DNA of 64,000 nucleotides from Polyangiales bacterium (lineage in GTDB: Bacteria; Myxococcota_A; Polyangia; Polyangiales; JADJQN01): NCBI GenBank assembly GCA_964202905.1, contig CAXNJO010000003.1, positions 1 through 64,000 of the forward strand, in the 5' to 3' direction. A program made the position numbers and the translations under genes. The notes beneath the pieces are model-generated. The model did not search any database, had not been told where the DNA came from, and was given only the letters and a program-made list of their open reading frames with translations. Shown here piece after piece: positions 22,615-32,359 of the stretch (position 1 is its first letter; each line of letters starts with the position of its first letter).

Positions 22615-23856
22615 ATGCGGTTCGGCGCGCTCGTCGTGGCCGCGCTCTTCGTCGCGGGGACGGCGGCCGCGGACGCCCCGCGCCGCGATGGCCCGCCCCT
22701 CGAGAACGCCGCCGCGCTCGCGCCCTTCTTCGCGTCGCTGGCGGCGTCCGCGCGTGGCGTCGCGACGACGCGCATCGCGTGGTTCGGCGACTCCAACATC
22801 GCGGCCGACGGCATCACCGGCACGCTGCGCGCGCGCTGGCAGCAGCGCTGGGGCGACGCGGGCCACGGCTTCGTGCTGGTCACGCGCGGGCACCTGCCTT
22901 ATCGGCACAAGGGGATCGCGGTCTCCGCGCGGGGTGCGTGGCGCCTCGCGGAGCTGCTGCGCGGCGGCCGCTCCGACGGCCGCTACGGCTACGGCGGCGT
23001 GCTCTTCACGGCAGGGCGCGGCCCGACGAGCGCGTCGTTCTCGACCGCGCGCAGCGGCGCGACGGGGCGCACCGCCTCGCGCTTCGCGGTGCTCTACCAG
23101 CGGCACCCGCACGGCGCGCGCCTCGAGCTGCGCAGCGACGACGGCGCGGTGACCGAGCTCGACACGCGCGGCGACGCGACCGACGACGCGGTCGCCACGC
23201 TCGAGACGACGGATGGGCCGCACACGTTCACGCTGCGCCCCGCGGGGCCGGGTGAGCTGCGCGTCTACGGCGCCGTGCTCGAGCGCGCGGCCCCCGGCGT
23301 GGTGCTGGACTCGGTGGGCATCGTCGGCGCGCGCGGGCGGCGCGTGCTCGCGTGGGACGCGACGCACCTCGCTGCGCAGGTCGCCGCGCGGCGGCCACAG
23401 CTCGTGGTCGTCGGCTTCGGCGCGAACGAGGCGAGCGACGCGTGGACGGGGGAAGAGCCCTGGGTCGCGGAGACGCGCGCGGTCGTGCGGCGCCTGCGGG
23501 CCGGCGCGCCGGAGGCCGCGTGTCTCGTGCTGGGCGCACCGGATCAGGCGGGCCCGCCGCGCGAGGGCGGCGAGCCGCGCACCTTCCCGAGCCTGCCGCG
23601 TCGCGTCGAGGGCCAGCGGCGCGCCGCGCTCGCGGAGGGCTGCGCCTTCTGGGACACCTTCGCCGCGATGGGCGGCGCGGGCGCGATGATCCGCTGGCGC
23701 CGCGCCGGGCTCGGCGGCCACGACCTGCGCCACGCCTCGACCGCGGGCTACGACCGCCTCGCCGAGCTGCTCGACGCCGCCCTGCTCGCGGCCCTCGACG
23801 CGCACGGCCCCGCGCGCGCGACGGCTGCGACGGCAGGGGGCGCACAGGCGCACTGA
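22615..23856 (+). CDS. Secreted SGNH/GDSL hydrolase
   Basis: Signal peptide; FGDSN block I, GANE block III, DLRH block V. Confidence 0.85.
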   Translation: MRFGALVVAALFVAGTAAADAPRRDGPPLENAAALAPFFASLAASARGVATTRIAWFGDSNIAADGITGTLRARWQQRWGDAGHGFVLVTRGHLPYRHKGIAVSARGAWRLAELLRGGRSDGRYGYGGVLFTAGRGPTSASFSTARSGATGRTASRFAVLYQRHPHGARLELRSDDGAVTELDTRGDATDDAVATLETTDGPHTFTLRPAGPGELRVYGAVLERAAPGVVLDSVGIVGARGRRVLAWDATHLAAQVAARRPQLVVVGFGANEASDAWTGEEPWVAETRAVVRRLRAGAPEAACLVLGAPDQAGPPREGGEPRTFPSLPRRVEGQRRAALAEGCAFWDTFAAMGGAGAMIRWRRAGLGGHDLRHASTAGYDRLAELLDAALLAALDAHGPARATAATAGGAQAH

Positions 23857-23947
23857 ATCGCCATTCAGCGCCGCGACCGACGCCGCACGATGCGCCGCAC
23901 CTGACGTCCGTCGACCCCGGCGCGCGCTGCCGTTACGCTCGTCGGCG

Positions 23948-25810
23948 ATGTCCGCCACGCCCGCCCGTGTCCTCGTCCTCCTCGCGCTCACGCTGCTCTC
24001 CGGCTGCGCCGCCTCGCCGCCGGCCGACCTCGGCGCCGCCCGCGACGGCATCATCCGCGGCACGCGCGAGACCGGTCTGCCCGCCGTGGTGGTGGTCGCG
24101 CGGACGGGCGCGACGACGGGCAGCGGCGGTCTCTGCACGGGCACGGTGATCGGCCCGTACGCGGTGCTCACCGCCAAGCACTGCGTCTTCAGCGAGACGA
24201 CGCGCGGCTACACGGCGGTGCCGACGGTGGAGTTCCTCGTGGTCGTCGGCAGCGACCTCGACGACCGCGCGACGATCACCGACACCGTCGGCGTGACGGA
24301 GGTCCGCACCACGCCGGGGAGCGCCATCGACACCGACATCGCGAACGGCGACGACATCGCCGTGCTCCTGCTGTCGCGGAGCCTCGGCCTGCCCGCGTAC
24401 CCGCTCGCGCCCGCGGTGCCCGCGGCCGGCACCAACGCGACGGTCGTCGGCTACGGGCGCACGCGCACCGGCACCGCCGACCCGATGGACAGCGGCGTGA
24501 AATACCGCGCGACGATGCGCATCTCGCGCGCGGGGTCGCGCCTGATCGAGACGGACGGCCCCGCGTGGACCTGCCAGGGCGACAGCGGTGGCCCCCTCTT
24601 CGACGCGAGCATGCGCGTCGCGGGCGTCACGTCCTTCGGCATCGGCGCGGGCTGCACCAACACCGTGTCGTACTTCACGGCCACGCCGCGCCACGCGTCG
24701 CTGCTCACGAGCGCGCTCGCGTACGCGCCGCCGTGCACGCCCTCGACGGAGGCCTGCAACGGCACCGACGACGACTGCGACGGCACCGTCGACGAGGGCT
24801 GCCTCGGTCTCGGCGACCCGTGCACGCGCGACGACCAGTGCGGCGGCGGCGCGTGCCGCGCGATCGGCGGCCGCCAACTCTGCACGCGCGACTGCGAGCC
24901 GCGCAGCGCCATGCAGCGCTGCCCGTACGACTTCTACTGCGCCGAGACCGGCTGCGGCACGGGCCAGTGCCTCGCGGGGAACCCGGGCGCGCTGCCCGAT
25001 GGCGAGCCCTGCGACGCCGACCTCGCCTGCGAGTCAGGACGCTGCATGATGGTCTCTGGCGCGATGCGCTGCGCGCGTGCGTGCTCGCCGACGGGCGATC
25101 TGTGCGCGGCAGGGACGGTCTGCGACACGAGCGAGGGCGGCCCGGAGTGCGGCTCGTGCCTGCCGTTCGCGCTCTCCGACGCGCCCCGCCCCTTCGGCAC
25201 CGAGTGCACGCGAGACGCCGAGTGCGCGGGCGGACCATGCGCCGATCCGGGCGGCTTCTGCACGCGCGCCTGTGACGCGGCGACGCCTTGCGGCAGCGGC
25301 TTCCACTGCCGCACGGGTGAGTGCGTGCGCGGCGATCTCGGCGCGCTCGGCGCCGGCTGCGTGACCGACGACGACTGCGGCGCGACCGCCCCCGACTGCG
25401 CGACGATCGACGGCGACCGCCTCTGCGCCGCCGCCTGCGACGCGATGGGCGCGTGCCCGGGCAGCTTCCGCTGCGCGGACACGAGCGCGGGGCCGCGCTG
25501 CATCCCGCCCGGCGAGGCGCTCGGCGGCGCGTGCGCGGACTCGGCCGAGTGCCGCAGCGGCCTCTGCGCGGGTGGTCTGTGCACGCGCATCTGCGACGCC
25601 GCCGCCACGTGCCCGGGCGACTTCGCCTGCACCCCCGCGGGCACGGTGAGCGGCTGCTTCCCCGGCGCCCCGGCCCCCGCCCCGACGCGCGCCGACCGCG
25701 GCGGCTGCGCGGTCTCGCAAGGCGCCTCGCGCGGCGACGCAGCGGGTCTGTTCGCGGCGTTCGGGCTGTTCGTTGCGGCGCTCGCGCGGCGCCGACGCTT
25801 CCGTGGTTGA
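23948..25810 (+). CDS. S1 trypsin-like serine protease with Cys-rich repeats and MYXO-CTERM-like tail
   Basis: TAKHC, DIAVL, GDSGGP triad; GGCAVS-hydrophobic-RRRR C-terminus. Confidence 0.92.
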   Translation: MSATPARVLVLLALTLLSGCAASPPADLGAARDGIIRGTRETGLPAVVVVARTGATTGSGGLCTGTVIGPYAVLTAKHCVFSETTRGYTAVPTVEFLVVVGSDLDDRATITDTVGVTEVRTTPGSAIDTDIANGDDIAVLLLSRSLGLPAYPLAPAVPAAGTNATVVGYGRTRTGTADPMDSGVKYRATMRISRAGSRLIETDGPAWTCQGDSGGPLFDASMRVAGVTSFGIGAGCTNTVSYFTATPRHASLLTSALAYAPPCTPSTEACNGTDDDCDGTVDEGCLGLGDPCTRDDQCGGGACRAIGGRQLCTRDCEPRSAMQRCPYDFYCAETGCGTGQCLAGNPGALPDGEPCDADLACESGRCMMVSGAMRCARACSPTGDLCAAGTVCDTSEGGPECGSCLPFALSDAPRPFGTECTRDAECAGGPCADPGGFCTRACDAATPCGSGFHCRTGECVRGDLGALGAGCVTDDDCGATAPDCATIDGDRLCAAACDAMGACPGSFRCADTSAGPRCIPPGEALGGACADSAECRSGLCAGGLCTRICDAAATCPGDFACTPAGTVSGCFPGAPAPAPTRADRGGCAVSQGASRGDAAGLFAAFGLFVAALARRRRFRG

Positions 25811-25944
25811 GATCGGCGGGACATGACAAGGACCTTGCGAGGTCGCCGCGCGCCGCGGTCACTGCGCGCTTCGCGGGTCATGGCCACGCAGCGCCGCGGG
25901 GACGCAGCCGGTCGCACTGCGACGAGGGCGCACGAGCAGCGGAC

Positions 25945-26820
25945 CTACACGAGCGCGACCAACGTCCGCTCGAGCATCGCGACGTAGCTGCCCGCGAAGA
26001 GATTGGCGTGCACGAGCAGCGGGTAGAGCTGCCAGAGCGGGACGCGCTCTTCCGCGCCGGGTGCGAGCGGGTGCGCCTCGTCGTAGGCGGCGAAGACGCG
26101 CTCCGAGAAGCCGCCGAAGAGTCGCATCATGGCGAGGTCGACCTCGCGGTGGCCGCCGTAGGGTGCAGGGTCGATGAGCACGGGGCGGCCCGCCTCGTCG
26201 GTGAGGACGTTGCCGCTCCACAGATCGCCGTGCAAGCGCGATGGCGGCTCCGCGGGGCCCGAGAGCGCGTCGATCCGCGCGAAGACGCGCTCGAAGCCGC
26301 GCTTGATGGCCGAGGAGCCGAGGCCCGCGTCGAGCGCGAGACGCAGCTGCGGCTCGAGGCGGTGGGTGCCCCACAGCTCCGCGAACGTCGCGCACGGCGT
26401 GTTGCGTTGCGGGAAGCGCGCGAGGTAGCCGTCGCGCGCGGCGCCGTGACAAGGCGCGCCAGCCCGGTGCAGCGCCGCGAGCCCGCGCCCGAGCACCTCC
26501 TCGAACGCGCCGTCGCGCGCGGCGCCCTCGACCCATTCGAGCGCGAGGAAGGGCGGCACCCCGAGGGTCCCGTCGGAGACCGCGAGCACTTCCGGCACGC
26601 GCACTGCGCCCGCGGCCTCGAGCCAGCCGAGCGCCTCGGCCTCGCAACGGAAGGTGTCCGGCGCGCAGCCCTCGCGCGTCTTGACGAACACGCGCCTGCC
26701 ATCGGCGAGCGTGAGCTGCGCGGCCTCGCTCGCGTCGCCGCCCTGCACCGCGCGCGCGAGCTTCACGGGGCTGCCGAGCGCCCGCGCGATCCCCTCGTGC
26801 ACGCCGGCGCCCCAGCGCAC
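25945..26820 (-). CDS. Fructosamine kinase family protein
   Basis: FVKT, EAEALGWL, LHGDLWSGN, IDPAPYGGHREVDLAM; GTG overlaps the upstream TAG. Confidence 0.92.
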   Translation of the reverse strand: MRWGAGVHEGIARALGSPVKLARAVQGGDASEAAQLTLADGRRVFVKTREGCAPDTFRCEAEALGWLEAAGAVRVPEVLAVSDGTLGVPPFLALEWVEGAARDGAFEEVLGRGLAALHRAGAPCHGAARDGYLARFPQRNTPCATFAELWGTHRLEPQLRLALDAGLGSSAIKRGFERVFARIDALSGPAEPPSRLHGDLWSGNVLTDEAGRPVLIDPAPYGGHREVDLAMMRLFGGFSERVFAAYDEAHPLAPGAEERVPLWQLYPLLVHANLFAGSYVAMLERTLVALV

Positions 26821-27311
26821 TACAGACCGTGCCGCGCGCGGAGGTGCGCGAGCAGCCCGGCGCATGCGGCCTCGCAGAGGTCGAGCACCTCCTCGAAGCC
26901 TTCCGGCCCGCGCAGATAGGGGTCGGGCACCTCCGCGTCCGGGGGCGCCTCCGGGTCGAAGCTGCGCAGCAGCGCGATCTTGTCGTGATCCGGGGGAGAC
27001 GGCGCGAGGCGACGGGCGTCCGCGAGGTTGCGCGCGTCGGCGACCAACAACATGTCGAAGCGCGCGAAGTGCCCCGGCGTGAGCTGCTGCGCGCGGCGAT
27101 CGAGCACGACGCCGCGGCGCGACGCGTGCGCGATGCTGCGCGGATCCGAGGGCTCGCCGAGGTGCCAGTCGCCCGTGCCCGCGCTCTCGACGTGCACGTG
27201 CGCGTCGAGCCCTGCGTCGGCGAGCAGACGGCGCATCACGCCTTCGGCGGTCGGGCTGCGACAGATGTTTCCGAGGCACACGAAACAGAGGCGAATGCGG
27301 GGATTTTTCAT
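26820..27311 (-). CDS. Low-molecular-weight protein-tyrosine phosphatase
   Basis: VCLGNICRSPTAE P-loop; VPDPY. Confidence 0.95.
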   Translation of the reverse strand: MKNPRIRLCFVCLGNICRSPTAEGVMRRLLADAGLDAHVHVESAGTGDWHLGEPSDPRSIAHASRRGVVLDRRAQQLTPGHFARFDMLLVADARNLADARRLAPSPPDHDKIALLRSFDPEAPPDAEVPDPYLRGPEGFEEVLDLCEAACAGLLAHLRARHGL

Positions 27312-28843
27312 GGGGTCACCAGGACATGACTCGCGGGCAGGCCCGTCCGATCGGCGGTCACGCCGTGCCAACCATCGGGCACGACGGGCCACGTCTCGTT
27401 GAAGACCTGGTGCGCGTCGAGGGGGGAGAGGTTCACGCAGCCGTGCGAGCGCTTGAGCCCGAAGCGCTCGTGCCAGAAGGCCGCGTGCAGCGCGATCGAG
27501 CCCGAAAAATACTGCGTCCACGGCACATCCTCGATCGCGTAGCGGTCGTCGCCCGCGTCCGCGCCGATGCTGCTCATCGTGTCCGACACGTGCTTCTCGC
27601 GGACCGTGAAGAGGCCCGTGGGCGTGTCGTGCCCCTCGAGCCCCGTCGACACGAGCGTCGCGTACACGGGTGTCGCGCCGCGGTAGACGACGAGCGTCTG
27701 CTCGCCGACGTCGACGTGCACCCACGGCTCGTCGTCCCCGACCTCGCGCGGCTTCTCGACGCGCTCGGCGACGGCGAGGTACCAGTCGCGCACGTAGTGC
27801 CCGTCCGCGAGCTCGTGCAGCTGCCGATCGGCGAAGCGCGCGCGGCGCTTCCACGCGACGGTCGCGAGGCGCTCGAGCGGCGGGGCCTCGAGGTCGTCGG
27901 CGAAGCGCGTCGAGCCATCCGGCAAGGTGCGCGGCAGCATCGGCGCGCCGCCGCGCACCGCCCACGCGACGGGCAGCGTGTGCGTCGCGTCGAGCGTGAC
28001 GCCGCGAAACTGCGCGGGTCGACGAGGCTCGAGCTGCGACTCCTTCACGTACTGCCCGCGCACCGTGCGGACGAAGCGCCGACGCGAGCGCACGTCGACG
28101 CCCGCGCCCGCGATGAAGAAGCCGCGGTGCAGGAAGGCGCGCACCGCCACGGGCTTCGTCGGCTCGCCCGCGAGCTCGCCCGCGAGGAAGCGCTGCGCCT
28201 TGCGCGCGTCGTCGCGCAGCAGGGCCGCGTAGCGCTCCGCGTACGACTGCGCGTCGCGCTGCTGATCACGCGAAGGCGGCTGGTGAAACGAGGGCACGAG
28301 CTCGTCCTTCACGAAGTAGTACGCGTAGGGGAGCGCCTCTTCGCGGCCCGCCTGGCGGACGGCGAGGGGCGAGTCGGGCGGCCTCTCGCCGACCTCGATG
28401 CCCTCGCCGGCGCACGCATGCCCTTGCGGATAGAGCTCGTACCAACCCGTCGCGCACGTGGGCGAGCGCACCTTCTCGCGCTTGAGCCGTACGCGCGAGC
28501 CGACGCGCAGCCAGCCGAACATCGTCGCGTCCGGGCGCGGCTCGCGGCGCACCACGAGCTGCAGCCCCGTCACGAGTCCATGCAGCGGATACGCGCGATC
28601 GAGCTCCGCGAGCCGCGCGCGCTCGGCGGCCTCGTCCGCGGCGGCGCGTCCATCGCCGAGCGACGCGGCGCCCGCGCCCGGCGGCGACGCCGGCACATTG
28701 CCCGACTTCGTGCCGCACGCGGCGACCGCGAGCAGCGTCCACCCGAGCAGCACGGCCGCGCGCGCGCAGGGCACCGCACGACGGCACACCTTCGTGACCG
28801 CGTCGCATGCAGGGTGGGCAGGGCCGCTCGCTGGGTCTCTCAC
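27308..28843 (-). CDS. L,D-transpeptidase (YkuD) lipoprotein
   Basis: LAVAAC; VSTG...TPTG; ALHAAFWH...SHGCVNL; start uncertain. Confidence 0.9.
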   Translation of the reverse strand: MRDPASGPAHPACDAVTKVCRRAVPCARAAVLLGWTLLAVAACGTKSGNVPASPPGAGAASLGDGRAAADEAAERARLAELDRAYPLHGLVTGLQLVVRREPRPDATMFGWLRVGSRVRLKREKVRSPTCATGWYELYPQGHACAGEGIEVGERPPDSPLAVRQAGREEALPYAYYFVKDELVPSFHQPPSRDQQRDAQSYAERYAALLRDDARKAQRFLAGELAGEPTKPVAVRAFLHRGFFIAGAGVDVRSRRRFVRTVRGQYVKESQLEPRRPAQFRGVTLDATHTLPVAWAVRGGAPMLPRTLPDGSTRFADDLEAPPLERLATVAWKRRARFADRQLHELADGHYVRDWYLAVAERVEKPREVGDDEPWVHVDVGEQTLVVYRGATPVYATLVSTGLEGHDTPTGLFTVREKHVSDTMSSIGADAGDDRYAIEDVPWTQYFSGSIALHAAFWHERFGLKRSHGCVNLSPLDAHQVFNETWPVVPDGWHGVTADRTGLPASHVLVTP

Positions 28844-29027
28844 GTCGACTCCGCGCCGTGCGTCCTCGAGGGGTCTACGCGCCGGCCTGCGGATGCGTCC
28901 GCGCCGCGAGGCGACGCCCCGGCGCGATCGCCCCGTGCGCCTTCGCGCTCGTCGCTGTGAGTCGGGTCATGCGCAGCGATGTTTAGTAGCGGACGGGCCG
29001 CCGCACGCAACGGGCTATGCTCACGCC

Positions 29028-29912
29028 GTGCGGAGACGCCCCCCGGTGCCGGAGCCGCTGCTGCCCCGCGACGACGAGCGCGGCGTGGTCGTGCACGCGG
29101 ACAACCTCGACGCGCTCGCGCGCATCCCGGACGCGACCGTCGATCTCGTCTACATCGATCCGCCCTTCAACACAGGCCGCGCACAGCGCCGACGCCGCGT
29201 GCGCTCGGTGCGCGACGAGGCCGGTGCGCACGCCGGTTTCGGCGGACGCCGCTATCGCGCCGAGCCCGACGCCGCGGCCTCGCGCGTGGGGTTCGCCGAC
29301 ACGTTCGCGGACTTCCCCGCCTTCCTCGCACCGCGCCTCCACGAGGCGCGCCGCATCCTCGCGCCGCACGGCACGCTCTACGTGCACCTCGACCCGCGCG
29401 AGGTGCACTACGTGAAGGTCCTGCTCGACGGAATTTTCGGCCGCGCTTGTTTTCTCAACGAGATCGTCTGGGCCTACGACTACGGCGGCCGGCCGCGCGA
29501 TCGCTGGCCTGCGAAGCACGACGACCTGCTCGTGTACGTGCGCAACGAAGGCGCGCACGTCTTCAACCGCGACGAGATCGACCGCATCCCTTACCTCGCG
29601 CCGCGACTCGTCGGCCCCGAGAAGGCCGCGCGCGGCAAACTCCCGACAGATGTCTGGTGGCAGACGATCGTGAGCCCGACAGGCAAGGAAAAGACGGGAT
29701 ATCCAACGCAGAAGCCCCTCGCGCTCGCGGAGCGGATCGTGCGCGCGTCGTGCCCGCCGGGCGGGCTGGTGTGCGATTTCTTCGCGGGGAGCGGCACGGT
29801 GGGCGCGGCCGCGCTGCGGACGGGGCGGCGCTTTCTGCTCGTCGATGCGAGCGCCGACGCGATCGCCGTGATGCGACGGCGCCTCGCCCACGACGCCGTG
29901 CGCTTCGCGTGA
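29028..29912 (+). CDS. Orphan beta-class N6A/N4C DNA methyltransferase
   Basis: YIDPPF near N-terminus; YPTQKP; DFFAGSGT near C-terminus. Confidence 0.92.
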   Translation: MRRRPPVPEPLLPRDDERGVVVHADNLDALARIPDATVDLVYIDPPFNTGRAQRRRRVRSVRDEAGAHAGFGGRRYRAEPDAAASRVGFADTFADFPAFLAPRLHEARRILAPHGTLYVHLDPREVHYVKVLLDGIFGRACFLNEIVWAYDYGGRPRDRWPAKHDDLLVYVRNEGAHVFNRDEIDRIPYLAPRLVGPEKAARGKLPTDVWWQTIVSPTGKEKTGYPTQKPLALAERIVRASCPPGGLVCDFFAGSGTVGAAALRTGRRFLLVDASADAIAVMRRRLAHDAVRFA

Positions 29913-29995
29913 GCCGGGCCGACGAGCGCCGGGCCCGGGCGGCCGAGGATTCCCCTTCGGCGGCCGCGGCGCGTGGCGTACCATCCGGCGCGGCG

Positions 29996-30364
29996 ATGCT
30001 GCTCTCCCCCCTCACACGCAAGCGCGTCATCCCGGCCGCAGCGTGCGCCGACGACACCGCGGCGCTCGAGCGCGCGGTCGAGTTCGCGTATTTCTGCATC
30101 GGCTCGATCCGCGAGACGGGGCGCCCCCCCGACGCGCCGCTCCGCTGGCAACACGTGCAGTATCCCGAGCCGCGCTACCCCGGCGACATCGGCGATCTGC
30201 TCGGGCGCGGAGATGCCGGCGTCATGGTCGTGCACCTGCAACTCCGACTGCGCATCGGTCCGATGCCCGATCACGACGTGCTCATCGAGGTGAGCGCGGC
30301 GCCCATCGACGCGGCCTCGCACGGCGTCGTGCACCCGAGCGCGACGCTCGTGTCGCAGGGCTGA
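29996..30364 (+). CDS. Hypothetical protein
   Basis: Host-like codon use between the MTase and HEAT genes; TACCAT upstream. Confidence 0.55.
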   Translation: MLLSPLTRKRVIPAAACADDTAALERAVEFAYFCIGSIRETGRPPDAPLRWQHVQYPEPRYPGDIGDLLGRGDAGVMVVHLQLRLRIGPMPDHDVLIEVSAAPIDAASHGVVHPSATLVSQG

Positions 30365-30372
30365 GCACCGGG

Positions 30373-31737
30373 ATGCGCCCCCGCACGCGGAGCGCGCGGC
30401 GCGCGGCGTCGGGCTGGCGAACCGTCGCGCTCGCCTTGGTCGCGCTGGCGCTGGGCGCATGCGCGGGCACACCGCGTCGCGCGGTGCTCGACGCGATCGA
30501 GGCGCGGGACACGCCGCGCGCGCTCACGCGCTACGAGACGCTCCGCCGCGACGACGGGCCGGACCCGGCGCTCCTCGCGCGCATCGCCGCCGTGGTGCTC
30601 GCGGAGGCCGCGCTCGGGGACGACGAGCGCGCGCGCGACGCGGCCCTCCTCCAGCTCGCGCTCGCCGGCAGCGCGGGAGAGCCCGTGCTCCGCAGCGTCG
30701 CCGCGACGCGTGGCCGCCTCCCCGCCCGCGCACGCGCGCTCGCCATCCTCGCCCGGCGCGGGGACGACGACGCGCGCGGCACATTGCGCCGGCTGAGCGC
30801 GCACCCCGATCCCGCGCTCGCGGCCCTCGGCGTGCGCGTCCTCGATCCGCGCGAGGACGACGGCGCGCTCCGCGCCGCGCTCGGCAACCCCGCGCACGCC
30901 GTGCGCGCCGCCGCAGCCGACGCGCTCGCCGGCGCCGCGCCCGACCCGCGCGTGCGGAGCGCCCTCGCGGAGACCGCGCGCGTCGATCCCGAGCCGGTCG
31001 TCCGCACGGCAGCGACCCGCGCGCTCGGTCGCTTCGGCCCCGCGGCGACCGCGTCGCTGCGCGAGCGCCTCTCGGATGCCGACATCGGCGTCCGCCGCGC
31101 CGCCGCCACGGCGCTCGTCGCCGCCGATCGCGCGGAAGCCCGCCGCGTCCTCGCCCCGCTGCTCGCCCTGCCACCGACGGAACTCGCCCTCGACGCCGCA
31201 CGCCTGCTCGCCTCGGACGACGCGGCAGCGCCGGACCTCGCGCGCGACGCGAGCGCCTGGCTGCTGCGGGCCCTCGCGTCGGGCGACGCCGCGCTGCGCA
31301 CGGGCGCGGCCGTCGCGTTGCTCTCGCTCCCGGGCGACGCCGCGCGCGCCGACGCCGTCGCACGCGCCCTCGCGCACGAGGCGGATCCCGGTGTCCGCCT
31401 CCTGCTCGCGTGCGCATTAACGCAGCGCGTTACACCCGATGCTTCGGCGCCCGCGCTCGCACGCGCGCGCGCCGCGCTCTCGGCCCTGCTCCGCACGGGC
31501 GGCATGCGCGGGGTGCAGGCGGCCGCGCAGCTCGCGACGCTCGGCGATCGCGCGGGGCGGCGCGCCCTCTGGCGAGCGACCAGCGACGCCAATCCCGCGA
31601 TCCGCCGCGTCGCCGCCCGTGCGCTCGCCCGCGACGCGCGCGCCCCCGACGCCGCCCGAGCCGCGCTCGCCGACCCCGACACGGGCGTGCGCATCGCAGC
31701 GGCCGGCGGCATCCTCGCCGCGCTCGCCGCGCCCTGA
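30373..31737 (+). CDS. HEAT-repeat lipoprotein
   Basis: LALGAC; repeated DP.PxVRxAAxxAL. Confidence 0.85.
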   Translation: MRPRTRSARRAASGWRTVALALVALALGACAGTPRRAVLDAIEARDTPRALTRYETLRRDDGPDPALLARIAAVVLAEAALGDDERARDAALLQLALAGSAGEPVLRSVAATRGRLPARARALAILARRGDDDARGTLRRLSAHPDPALAALGVRVLDPREDDGALRAALGNPAHAVRAAAADALAGAAPDPRVRSALAETARVDPEPVVRTAATRALGRFGPAATASLRERLSDADIGVRRAAATALVAADRAEARRVLAPLLALPPTELALDAARLLASDDAAAPDLARDASAWLLRALASGDAALRTGAAVALLSLPGDAARADAVARALAHEADPGVRLLLACALTQRVTPDASAPALARARAALSALLRTGGMRGVQAAAQLATLGDRAGRRALWRATSDANPAIRRVAARALARDARAPDAARAALADPDTGVRIAAAGGILAALAAP

Positions 31738-31790
31738 ACGCCACGTCGTGCTGACGCGACACGACGCGCCGTCCGGTGCTGCGGCGCGCG

Positions 31791-31826
31791 TTGACTGCCC
31801 CGGGGAGCGCTGCTAAAGAGCGCGCG
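31791..31826 (+). promoter_or_regulatory. Sigma70-type promoter of atpF'FHAG
   Basis: TTGACT-17 nt-TAAAGA with TG extension; near-identical copy at 52328. Confidence 0.75.
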
Positions 31827-31891
31827 TCGCAGGCACCCGAGCGCGGCCCACGCGCGCCCTCCACGCCCTCCGCGTTCGCCCCGAGGAACCG

Positions 31892-32359
31892 ATGTCCTCC
31901 CTCCTCAGCGTCGTTCTGTCCGAAGGCTCGATCATCGACCTCGACGGGACGCTCCTCGTCCAGCTCGGGATCTTCCTCGTTCTCTTCTTCGTCCTGCGCG
32001 CCCTCGTCTTCAAGCCGATGACGAGCCTCTTCGCGGCCCGCGAGGAGGCCATCGACGGCGCCCGCGAAGAAGCGCGCCGGATGGAGCGCGAGGCCAAGGA
32101 GCAGTCCGGCGGCTTCGACGAAGCCATCCGCCGCGTCCGCACCGAGGCGGGCGAGCAGCGCGACAAGCTCCGCGCCGACGGCCTGCAGATCGAGCGCGCG
32201 ATGCTCGACACGGTCAAGGACGAGACCGGCCGCCTCCTCGAGGATGCCCGCGTGAAGCTCGAGGCCGAGCGCGAGACCGTGCGCCGCACGATGGCCGCCC
32301 AGACCCCGGCGCTCGCCCGCGCCGTCGCGAGCAAGCTGCTCGGCCGAGAGGTGCAGTGA
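31892..32359 (+). CDS. ATP synthase F0 subunit b'
   Basis: DLDGTLLVQLGIFLVLFFVLRALVFKP membrane segment followed by coiled coil; first in atp cluster. Confidence 0.9.
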   Translation: MSSLLSVVLSEGSIIDLDGTLLVQLGIFLVLFFVLRALVFKPMTSLFAAREEAIDGAREEARRMEREAKEQSGGFDEAIRRVRTEAGEQRDKLRADGLQIERAMLDTVKDETGRLLEDARVKLEAERETVRRTMAAQTPALARAVASKLLGREVQ

